Assembly: GCA_037444445.1 (NCBI GenBank)
Contig: JBBIMK010000019.1
Span: forward strand, 5,573-37,572
From: a bacterium
GTDB lineage: Bacteria; UBP7; UBA6624; JBBIMK01
Length of the DNA stretch: 32,000 bases
Direction: 5' to 3'
Position 1 is the stretch's first letter. Each line of letters opens with the position of its first letter. Of the stretch, positions 16,697 to 24,274 are shown one piece after another. The notes below the pieces were generated by a model, which was given only the letters and a program-made list of their open reading frames with translations, ran no database searches and was not told the origin of the DNA. The translations under genes were made by a program, and so were the position numbers.

Positions 16697-17299
16697 TTAC
16701 TCCCGCCCCACCTCAAATCGCGCGAACCGGCGAATCACCACATTCTCTCCGAATCGTGCAATGGCTTCTTTAATTAAGTCAGACACCGTTCTCTTTCCGT
16801 CCCGAAAGTAAGGTTGCTCCAGCAGGCAATTCTCCTTAAAGAAGGTTTCCAGCCTGCCCTGCACAATTTTCTCTATGGCTTTTTCCGGCTTTCCTTCTTC
16901 AATGGCTTGCTGGCGATAGATGGCTTTTTCCTGCTCAATGATTTCCGGTGGCACATCTTCCCGACGGATAAATCGGGGTCCTGCCCCTGCCGCCACCTGC
17001 ATAGCCAGTTCTTGAGCCAGATGCTTGAACTCCTCCGTTCGTGCGACAAAGTCGGATTCACAATCCACTTCCACCAGGGAGCCCAATCGTCCCCCCCCGA
17101 AGTGAATATACGAGGCAACGGTCCCTTCTCGGGCTACCCGGGTGAGTTTTTTATCCGCCCGGGCCGCCCCCTTCACCCGCAGAATTTCTACAGCCCTCTG
17201 TATATCCCCTCCCGCTTCCTCCAGCGCCTTCTTACAATCCAGTAGTCCGGCTCCGGTTCGCTCTTTCAGCGCCTTTACGGTTTCCAGAATCTCAGCCAC
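16697..17299 (-). CDS. tsf: Elongation factor Ts (short, about 200-aa form)
   Basis: The N-terminal UBA-like region [34 protein letters not shown] is followed by [26 protein letters not shown] and a dimerisation core. The GTG start overlaps the rpsB stop by 8 nt. Confidence 0.95.
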   Translation of the reverse strand: MAEILETVKALKERTGAGLLDCKKALEEAGGDIQRAVEILRVKGAARADKKLTRVAREGTVASYIHFGGGRLGSLVEVDCESDFVARTEEFKHLAQELAMQVAAGAGPRFIRREDVPPEIIEQEKAIYRQQAIEEGKPEKAIEKIVQGRLETFFKENCLLEQPYFRDGKRTVSDLIKEAIARFGENVVIRRFARFEVGRE

Positions 17300-18068
17300 C
17301 TTCGCTCTCTCCTCCCTCGGCAGGGATGGGGGATTCCTCTGCCCCCACCCCTCCTTCCTCTATGACGCCCTCCCGAAGTTTCTTCCCCTCCACAACTGCA
17401 TCCGCTATCTTCTGGGTAAATAGTTTGATGGAGCGTATGGCGTCATCATTGCCCGGAATCCCATAATCCACCTTATCCGGGTCGCAGTTCGTATCCAGGA
17501 TGGCAATCACGGGAATCTTCACCTTATTCGCTTCTTCCACCGCTATCTGTTCCTTGTTCACATCCACCACGAACAGGGCATCTGGCAGGCCGGGCATCTC
17601 TTTAATCCCTGCCATCGCCTTCTGAAATTTCTCCCGGCTGAGAAGAATTTTTTTGGATTCCTTCTTCGGCATAGCGGATAGGGAGGCTTCATCTATCGCC
17701 TCCAGGGCTTTCCACTCATCTATCCTTTTTTTGACCACCTTCCAGTTGGTCAACAGCCCTCCAATCCACCGCTGGTCCACATAGAACATTCCGCATCTCT
17801 GGGCCTCTTCTGCGATGGTCTGCTGAGCCTGCTTCTTCGTCCCCACGAAAAGAATGATTCCTCCCTCCTTCACCTTGTTTCGCACGAAAAGATAAGCCTC
17901 TTCCAGGCTTTTTGCCGTTTTTTCCAGGTCAATGATATAAATCCCGTTCCTCTTCCCGAAGATGTGAGGCTTCATCTTCGGGTTCCAGCGCCGGGTGGGA
18001 TGCCCGAAATGAACCCCTGCCTCCAGCAATTCCTTCTTATCCACTATCGCTGTTTCCTGTTCAGCCAC
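17292..18068 (-). CDS. rpsB: 30S ribosomal protein S2
   Basis: 258 aa. [60 protein letters not shown] and [14 protein letters not shown] are present, followed by an acidic C-terminal tail. GTG start with a G-rich SD. Confidence 0.97.
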   Translation of the reverse strand: MAEQETAIVDKKELLEAGVHFGHPTRRWNPKMKPHIFGKRNGIYIIDLEKTAKSLEEAYLFVRNKVKEGGIILFVGTKKQAQQTIAEEAQRCGMFYVDQRWIGGLLTNWKVVKKRIDEWKALEAIDEASLSAMPKKESKKILLSREKFQKAMAGIKEMPGLPDALFVVDVNKEQIAVEEANKVKIPVIAILDTNCDPDKVDYGIPGNDDAIRSIKLFTQKIADAVVEGKKLREGVIEEGGVGAEESPIPAEGGESEGG

Positions 18069-18099
18069 AACTCAACCCCCTCTTTGCCATTCTATTTTA

Positions 18100-18128
18100 A
18101 TTATAGTATCACACCTTCATACTTTCCA
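18100..18128 (-). promoter_or_regulatory. Candidate sigma-70-type promoter for the rpsB operon (TGGAAA - 17 nt - TATAAT)
   Basis: The minus strand reads TGGAAAgtatgaaggtgtgatacTATAAT. The -10 is a perfect consensus at 18105..18100. The -35 matches 4 of 6 positions at 18128..18123. It lies about 30 nt upstream of the rpsB GTG. Sequence match only. Confidence 0.4.
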
Positions 18129-18366
18129 CAACCTCCCCCAGTAGAGGTATGTTTGAACTGCGGTATGATTTACTACAATGCTCGGGTTCTGTAAGAGATT
18201 GAACAAGGATTCTCAGCGATTCAGCGGAAGACAGAGGAGCCCGACCGTTCTGCTCAAGTGCCAGAAAAGTCCTATTCAGGATAACTCTCCGTCCTCTGAA
18301 ATGGAGCGCCCCCTCCTCTCCCTCTCTTCTCCCCGTTCTTCTGGTATAATAGTGATGCCTGCGGGG

Positions 18367-18717
18367 ATGACCGAAGTTACTATAAGCGTAATGGGAGATT
18401 CAAGAGAGGTCCGTTTTACGGTTATAGCGGATACCGCCGCAACTTATCCCGTTTTCCCCAGGCCCATTCTGGAGTCACTGGCCGTGGAGCCGGTAAAGAA
18501 AGTGGAGATAGAACTGGCAGATGGTTCGGTAGTTACCCGACTTATGGGGGATGTGTTGATGAAATTAAACGGTGAAATACACCCTGTGCCCGTTATTTTT
18601 GGGGAAGAGGGAGACACAATGGTTCTCGGGGTAACAGCGCTGGAGATTTTTGGGCTCACCGTGGACCCGGTAAACCATCGCCTCATCCCTGCCCGTATCC
18701 TCTGGTTCTCCTCTTGA
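18367..18717 (+). CDS. Retropepsin-like (clan AA) aspartyl protease domain protein
   Basis: The core MTEVTISVMGDSREVRFTVIADTAATYPVFPRPILESLAVEPVKKVEIELADGSVVTRLMGDVLMKLNGEIHPVPVIFGEEGDTMVLGVTALEIFGLTVDPVNHRLIP has the layout of bacterial single-domain retropepsin-like proteases, namely D-T/S-G-A, ...A.G..., ...LG...L....D. The start is uncertain. An extended -10 (TGgTATAAT, 18342-18350) argues against the long track ORF from 18178, whose N-terminus is low-complexity. It favours ATG 18367, with ATG 18355 as an alternative. Confidence 0.55.
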   Translation: MTEVTISVMGDSREVRFTVIADTAATYPVFPRPILESLAVEPVKKVEIELADGSVVTRLMGDVLMKLNGEIHPVPVIFGEEGDTMVLGVTALEIFGLTVDPVNHRLIPARILWFSS

Positions 18718-18792
18718 AATCCCCCCTCTTCCGTCCCATCCTTCTCCGCTTTCAGAACTAAGATTTTAGAAGTAAGATTTTCAGAATAGATA

Positions 18793-18826
18793 AATCTCCC
18801 AATCTCAAAATCCCCCAAATCTCCCA
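18793..18826 (+). repeat. Copy B (partial) of a short G/T-rich (C/A-rich on this strand) intergenic repeat element
   Basis: aatctcccaatctcaaaatc at 18793-18812 is identical over 20 nt to 24247-24266. It continues as ccccaaatctccca. It lies between the convergent stops of the retropepsin-like gene and the Crp-like gene. Confidence 0.6.
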
Positions 18827-18838
18827 GATGGGTGGGAG

Positions 18839-19450
18839 TTATTTCTCTCGCTCTTCGGCGATGAACTTCCGAAGCCCTTCCGGGTTCTGGACTACGATTT
18901 CGTGGCTATGGGATGGCAAATCCACCCACCCATTCTCCTTGAACTCTTTGAGAATTCGGAGGGTTTGTTGCCAGGAAAGCCCACAGAAGCGGGACAAATA
19001 GGCTTTCGTCAGCCCGGATGGGCAATACTCAGGAAAATCCTCAAAAAGGAGAAGAGCGGTGGCAATTCGCTTACAGCCCCTGCCAGGCTTCACACCGAGA
19101 ATTTTCACCTGCTCCGTCAGGCGGACAATCCTGCACGCCAGCCTTCTCAGAATCTCCCTCACCACAGCGGGTTCCTTCTCCAGAAGAAGAAAAAACTGGT
19201 CCCGGTTCAAGAACACCGCTTCCCCATTCCTTCTGGCTATCACTGTGGCAGAGCGAGCCTTCCCCGTGAGAAGCATTGGCCATTGCGGTGCTCCCGATGA
19301 CGCCAGCCCCACGCCATTCCTGCCATTACGTTCCTTCACCAAAGGAACCGGTGATATTACGCTCGGGCCGCCGCCGCAGGCGGTGAGAAGCACGATGAAG
19401 CCCAGCACCGCTATCAGCGGTGCGAAACTCACGAACTTACGATTTGCCAC
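18839..19450 (-). CDS. Crp/Fnr-family-like protein: truncated cNMP-binding barrel plus HTH, preceded by a lipoprotein-type signal sequence (chimeric or degenerate)
   Basis: 203 aa with a GTG start and a GGAGGTGG SD. The N-terminus MANRKFVSFAPLIAVLGFIVLLTACGGG looks like a signal peptide with lipobox LLTAC. Only the last strands and the C-helix of a cNMP-binding domain follow: LLTGKARSATVIARRNGEAVFLNRDQFFLLLEKEPAVVREILRRLACRIVRLTEQV. A Crp-type wHTH follows: RIATALLLF...LTKAYLSRFCGLSWQQTLRILKEFKENGWVDL...IVVQNPEGLRKF. Confidence 0.7.
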   Translation of the reverse strand: MANRKFVSFAPLIAVLGFIVLLTACGGGPSVISPVPLVKERNGRNGVGLASSGAPQWPMLLTGKARSATVIARRNGEAVFLNRDQFFLLLEKEPAVVREILRRLACRIVRLTEQVKILGVKPGRGCKRIATALLLFEDFPEYCPSGLTKAYLSRFCGLSWQQTLRILKEFKENGWVDLPSHSHEIVVQNPEGLRKFIAEEREK

Positions 19451-19823
19451 TTTGAACCACCTCCATATTTTGATTGCGGAGTGCGGAATGATGGATGGGA
19501 AGAAAAGGGGAAGCGGTGAAAGGGAATAAGGGGCAGGAGGCTGGGTTTTGAACCTGAGGGAGATGAATGAACCGAAGTGCTTGCCCCCTGCCCCGGTGTA
19601 AGAAGAGGTGTTGGGTGATAAGCCTCCGGGAGTGGAGGTTGCGAGGGCGGAATGGAAAAGGGGCGGAGATTTCGGGAATTCCGGGAAGCGGGAAGTTTCT
19701 TAACCCTGTCCATCATTTCTAAATGTATGCCCGATTCTTAAAAAGTGAATAATACATATATGTCAGGTTTTAGGGGGGATGGCAGGTGGCAGATGCGGAG
19801 GTTAGAAGAGCGGAGGGCGAGGG

Positions 19824-22800
19824 TTAGATTTCCATCGCGTCGGCGAACACCAGCCGACGAGCCCTGGGCACCGGGGCGGCAGTCAACGGAGTCTCAGACG
19901 ATGGAGCAGTTCCTTCCCCTGCTTTATCCGCCCTGAACCACTCATATTCCTTGATGACCAATCGGAAGGGCTGGGAACCCCGAGGGGCGGGCAGGATGAC
20001 CTGACCCGTCCACACATTTTCTTTCTCTGGCTTCACGGGTGGAGGGGTGGATAGGATGCCCTCCCGGATGATTTCTCCGGGAGCGGTGGATTCAGGAGTG
20101 AATCTCTGGATGACTTTCGGCCGGAGTCTTACGGGTGGAGGGGATGGGCGGGATGGAGCGCCGAGGGTAAAGGTGGCATCGGGGACGGGAACCCAGCCCA
20201 CATCTCCTTCCACACCCTCCTGCCTTGTCTCCACGGTCACCTCTACTTCGGAAGGACCTTTGCCCGCTGTCGTCTCCGTGTATGAAATCCCGGAAACCGT
20301 GACGGTGAGAACCTTCGGGTCGCCGGGGTCATAGGAGAGGGTAACAGTGCGGTGGGGTGCCAGCTGGGCAAAATCGGCAAGGACGACCCGGGAAAGATGG
20401 GCGTTCTCAATGGAATTGGGCTGATAACGGGCAAGGGCAAGACGAACGAAGGGATAATAAGAATCTCCGGGGTCCAGTTCTATGTCAAAGAACCAGAGCC
20501 CTCTATCCGGGTCGTAATGAGGCTCGTAACCCGCCACAGAAACCTGGTTGGACTCGGGATGGTCAGTTAATTCTTCCAGCGTTAAGCCGGATTGCTTTCT
20601 GGCGGTATTCTTAAAATGTGTCAGGGCTGGGCTGGCAAAAGAAGGGGTGGGGCTGGATTTCCATATAGGGTCCATCCCCCACTGGGTTACATAGGGCTTG
20701 AGGATGTCAGGAATTTCTGGCTCGGGTTGGGCAGGTCTGATGCCGGGCAGGATACCGCTGATGCCTCCACCCATGCCCACCGCTCGGCGGATGGTGGGTG
20801 CAACTCCCGGGAGGATGACGCCCAATAACTCGCCGTCGCCGGAGGACCACCAGGGACGCTTCACATACACCCGAAGCCCTCCCCCGGTGCGTCGGCTCTC
20901 CCTTCCACCCGCCGTCTCCTTCTTCTCCCACCCAAAGGTGGGAATCACATACAGCACCCCGGGGGCAGAAGGACGAGCAGAGTTGGGTATATCTACCTCA
21001 AACTCCTCGCTCTCCCGGGTAATGTTCTTCGGGTCAGAAGTGATGGCAGGAGAGAAATACTCACGAAATCGGGTGCTGGCTACTGCCCTGTAATAAACCT
21101 TTCGGTATTTCGTATCACCGAATTCATGGCGAGGAGCCACCACAGGAAGCAGAGCGCTAACGACCAACGCAGGGGATATACCACGAATTGCTCCCGTGCC
21201 CAGCCCGTCTTCCCGTGGAGGGCTGTAGGAAGAGCCTTCTCCTTGCCCGAGGATGAGGGCTTTCTTCTCTTCGCTGTAGCGGACGCTTCCGCCGGCTACG
21301 GGAACCGCTTTTTCATCCAGTTGAACAGGGGCTTCAAACGCACGGGCGTTCCCGTATAGCCGGTCTTTATCCGGAATATTGGTAGGGCTGGCTGGCTCAT
21401 CCACCGGCTCGCTCCACCGTGCCAGAAGGTCAATTTTCATCGTGCTCTTCCCATGAACATTCACCACCCCATCCAGGCCAGCGAAAGTATCACCGATATT
21501 CCTGCCTGGCTTTAATGCAGTAATTTTGGGGATGAGCAGAGGCTGTTGAACCGCATGAACCAGAGTCAGTTCACGATACGGGGTAAGGAGCCAGAGTTTC
21601 CCGATGGCACCCAGTTTTGTGAAGTCAGCCATGGCTAAGGCTTTGGGCTGAATCGCTCCCATATCCATCTTCGGCGCCGCATAAGAGGGCTGGCTTTCCA
21701 GCCTTGCCTCCACCTTCTCCTTCATCCACTGCCACATTCCAAAGGTGTTCAAATCCTTTTCATCAAGATGGGCGCTGAGGCGAACCGTTGCCACTTCCGC
21801 TTTCGGCAGGTAGACCGTGAGGAGGCGGGAGGAGGCATTCCACCGGGGCTTTCCAGAGCCTTCCTCCACACGAATGCGGAATGGCAAAGCATCAGGCCAG
21901 TTTTCGGGAGTGTTCTGAAAGTCCACATCTATCACCTCTCCCGCAGGGGCGCCGGGAAGGCCTTCAAAAGCAGCTTTCCGCGCCAGCGGGTCAGGCAGGT
22001 AAGGCAATACCAACTGCTCCTCGCTCTGAATGGCATAACGGAGGGGCTTGGACGGGTTTTCAGGGTTGGGAAATTCCACCTCCTGGAATCTGCCCACATC
22101 CTTCTGGGCAATCATCTGATAGGTGGCGGGGTCGCCTTTCATTCCGCCAGTGGTTTTATCATCAAATAACCCGTGAGTTTCAGCCATCAGTTGAGAGGTT
22201 TTCGGCGGGGCGATGTGACGCTCCGTGGCTTCACCCGTGGGAATGGCATCTTTTGCAGGGGAGTCGTTGAAGGTGCGAATCACCAATCGCTCTAACGATT
22301 CACCTTCTCTGGGCTTTTCACGCAGGACGACGGGAGGAGTCTGGATGGGTTCAAAGCGCTGATAGGATTGGGCGGAAGAAGCCAGGGAAGCGTCCGCTTC
22401 CTCCAGGGAGAGGCTGTTACCTGCCAGGTCCACCGCCCTCGCCCTCAGGCGGTAAGAAACACCGAAGCGGAGGCGGGGAAGAGTGCCAGGCACAACGGGC
22501 GAAAAATTGACCTCCAGCCCGAAGGCAGTGACCGCTTTATTCTGTATCTCCCCAGGCGTGTCATCCGGTTTGATAGTCCTGCCCGGCCTGGGAACGCAGA
22601 GGCTCCAGCCATCCCATCGGAAGAGGGATTCGTGAACAAACAGGTCAGAGTCGGTAGCGCCAGGCACCCGGGTTGCCGCTGAGGAAACCATCCCTTCATC
22701 CACGATTTCCACATCCTCGTTGATGGAACTGAAGTGATACTTTCCCTTTCGCCAGCACAGGGAGTGCCATTGATTGGATTGAGAATCCCAGACATCAATC

Positions 22801-24158
22801 CGGTAACCCCTGACCAGGTCCTCGGCATATAAAGTGATGTCCTGAGAGGCCGAGAGGGCATCATTTCTCTGTTTTGCGGACTGGAAGGATTGATTGAGGC
22901 GGTCAGCGCGCCCATTTCTCACTATAGAAAGCCCGGCAGAGCGCATAGAGGGTAAGCCCTGCCTTTGAGGCGGAGGTGCCTCAGGGGCTCCCGAAGGCTG
23001 GTCCACTACGGGTGGAGCGTCGGCTTTCTTCAGCATCACCATAGCGGGAGCCTTGAAGGTGAGAACTCGTTGCAGGTTGCGGGCAAAGTCCATAACCTTC
23101 ATTGCCGCCCCGTCCACATCCACCTGCACCAGCTCATACATCTCCGGGTCGTTCAATTTCAGCATGCCATCCTGAATCTCGGGATTCTGTGGCCGTGGCT
23201 TCGCCAGAAACTTCCCCCCCTTGATTTCATACGCAGTCCAGGGGGAAGAGTTGGTGGTAGAGGGCAATTGCGCCGCCCAGTTGGGGATTACTCTCAGAGT
23301 GGAAGAAGGGGGAATGGAAGAAGAATAGGGAATTTCCAGGTCCACCACCAGCCCCAGCATCCGTAACAACTCCGGATATTCGCCAAGGGACGAGAGTGCC
23401 TGGTGAAAATCTATCTCCGGGATTTGTGGGGGAATGGGCTTCATCAGCAGGGGTTGGTGGAAAAACTGAACCTGCAGGAAGTCCACGGGTGTGTTTCTAA
23501 CCGGACTGAAGGGGATGGCTTTCCTGCCCTTGAATTCCTTCTCTAATTCCGAGGGCATAGGGCGCACTGAAGATACGGGCGCATCCACTCCCGGAGGCGC
23601 ATGCCCCACAGAAGAGCGAAGTTGCGGTATAGAATGCAGGACGGTGGGACCCAGCCCAACTGTGGCATCCTTCGGATTTATCAGGGTTTGAATCTCCGGC
23701 AACTCCGTAGGTGAAGAGATAGCCACATTCTGATAGGTCTCTTTCAGGTATGAGAGGACATGCTTCACAGGGAAAGAATGGATTTTCCGCTCCGAATAAT
23801 CCTCAAACTTGTGAGGGCGAACAAAGGTGGATTCATTGAACAGGGCTTTCCAGAGGCTGGAATCCGGGTCCGGACTCGTCCGGGGAGCGGGAATGGGAGC
23901 CCCGTTTCCGAATTGAACCGAGAACTGGATGGATTTCAGAGTGGCGGGCAAATCCAGAAAATCCGGAAATTGAGACAGAGTCGGCTTCGGCAAGCCAATA
24001 CTCGTATCCAGGCGAGGGGAAAGAAAGACAGAAAGCCGAAGGCGCTGGTCGCCGCCAGAACCGGTGATGCCTGCAGGCAGAGCGGTCCAGAGGAGGAGTT
24101 GCTTCCTCTGCCCCGTTAGAGCCACAACCGGTGGAAGTTTTGGAATCATCACGCCCAT
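19824..24158 (-). CDS. Giant hypothetical protein, 1444 aa, no recognisable domain, no N-terminal signal peptide
   Basis: An uninterrupted 4.3-kb ORF with host-like composition. The ATG is preceded by a GGGGG SD 8 nt upstream. All opposite-strand ORFs inside it are short. The N-terminus is MGVMIPKLPPVVALTGQRKQLLLWTALPAGITGSGGDQRLRLSVFLSPRL and the C-terminus is ...RRLVFADAMEI. I could not match any segment to a named family by eye. Confidence 0.85.
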   Translation of the reverse strand: MGVMIPKLPPVVALTGQRKQLLLWTALPAGITGSGGDQRLRLSVFLSPRLDTSIGLPKPTLSQFPDFLDLPATLKSIQFSVQFGNGAPIPAPRTSPDPDSSLWKALFNESTFVRPHKFEDYSERKIHSFPVKHVLSYLKETYQNVAISSPTELPEIQTLINPKDATVGLGPTVLHSIPQLRSSVGHAPPGVDAPVSSVRPMPSELEKEFKGRKAIPFSPVRNTPVDFLQVQFFHQPLLMKPIPPQIPEIDFHQALSSLGEYPELLRMLGLVVDLEIPYSSSIPPSSTLRVIPNWAAQLPSTTNSSPWTAYEIKGGKFLAKPRPQNPEIQDGMLKLNDPEMYELVQVDVDGAAMKVMDFARNLQRVLTFKAPAMVMLKKADAPPVVDQPSGAPEAPPPQRQGLPSMRSAGLSIVRNGRADRLNQSFQSAKQRNDALSASQDITLYAEDLVRGYRIDVWDSQSNQWHSLCWRKGKYHFSSINEDVEIVDEGMVSSAATRVPGATDSDLFVHESLFRWDGWSLCVPRPGRTIKPDDTPGEIQNKAVTAFGLEVNFSPVVPGTLPRLRFGVSYRLRARAVDLAGNSLSLEEADASLASSAQSYQRFEPIQTPPVVLREKPREGESLERLVIRTFNDSPAKDAIPTGEATERHIAPPKTSQLMAETHGLFDDKTTGGMKGDPATYQMIAQKDVGRFQEVEFPNPENPSKPLRYAIQSEEQLVLPYLPDPLARKAAFEGLPGAPAGEVIDVDFQNTPENWPDALPFRIRVEEGSGKPRWNASSRLLTVYLPKAEVATVRLSAHLDEKDLNTFGMWQWMKEKVEARLESQPSYAAPKMDMGAIQPKALAMADFTKLGAIGKLWLLTPYRELTLVHAVQQPLLIPKITALKPGRNIGDTFAGLDGVVNVHGKSTMKIDLLARWSEPVDEPASPTNIPDKDRLYGNARAFEAPVQLDEKAVPVAGGSVRYSEEKKALILGQGEGSSYSPPREDGLGTGAIRGISPALVVSALLPVVAPRHEFGDTKYRKVYYRAVASTRFREYFSPAITSDPKNITRESEEFEVDIPNSARPSAPGVLYVIPTFGWEKKETAGGRESRRTGGGLRVYVKRPWWSSGDGELLGVILPGVAPTIRRAVGMGGGISGILPGIRPAQPEPEIPDILKPYVTQWGMDPIWKSSPTPSFASPALTHFKNTARKQSGLTLEELTDHPESNQVSVAGYEPHYDPDRGLWFFDIELDPGDSYYPFVRLALARYQPNSIENAHLSRVVLADFAQLAPHRTVTLSYDPGDPKVLTVTVSGISYTETTAGKGPSEVEVTVETRQEGVEGDVGWVPVPDATFTLGAPSRPSPPPVRLRPKVIQRFTPESTAPGEIIREGILSTPPPVKPEKENVWTGQVILPAPRGSQPFRLVIKEYEWFRADKAGEGTAPSSETPLTAAPVPRARRLVFADAMEI

Positions 24159-24198
24159 AATTTCAACCCCCTATTCTTTAGTTCGCAGTAGCCCTTTT

Positions 24199-24273
24199 TT
24201 CATTATTCGGATGTGAGATTGCAGATTTCATATTTCCCAATCCTCCAATCTCCCAATCTCAAAATCTCAAAAT
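24199..24273 (+). repeat. Copy A of the intergenic repeat element, lying between the two giant ORFs
   Basis: The sequence is ttcattattcGGATGTGAGATTGCAgat...tcctcCAATCTCCCAATCTCAAAATCTCAAAAT. It aligns in inverted orientation with 31751-31808 apart from a 13-14 nt indel. It shares a 20-nt exact core with 18793-18812. It begins 1-2 nt after the stop codon of the 1497-aa ORF. Confidence 0.7.
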
Positions 24274-24274
24274 T

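Noticed and set aside
19429-19716. 95-aa minus-strand ORF in the spacer between the 1444-aa gene and the Crp-like gene
   Set aside because: The product is Pro/Ser-rich and low-complexity, a direct consequence of the purine skew of the region. It has no SD and overlaps the Crp-like start, so I treat it as non-coding.
24210-24223. TGTGA in the repeat element as a CRP/FNR-type binding site for the adjacent Crp-like gene
   Set aside because: Only one half-site is present. The expected TCACA at N6 spacing is absent in both copies, so a CRP palindrome cannot be claimed.
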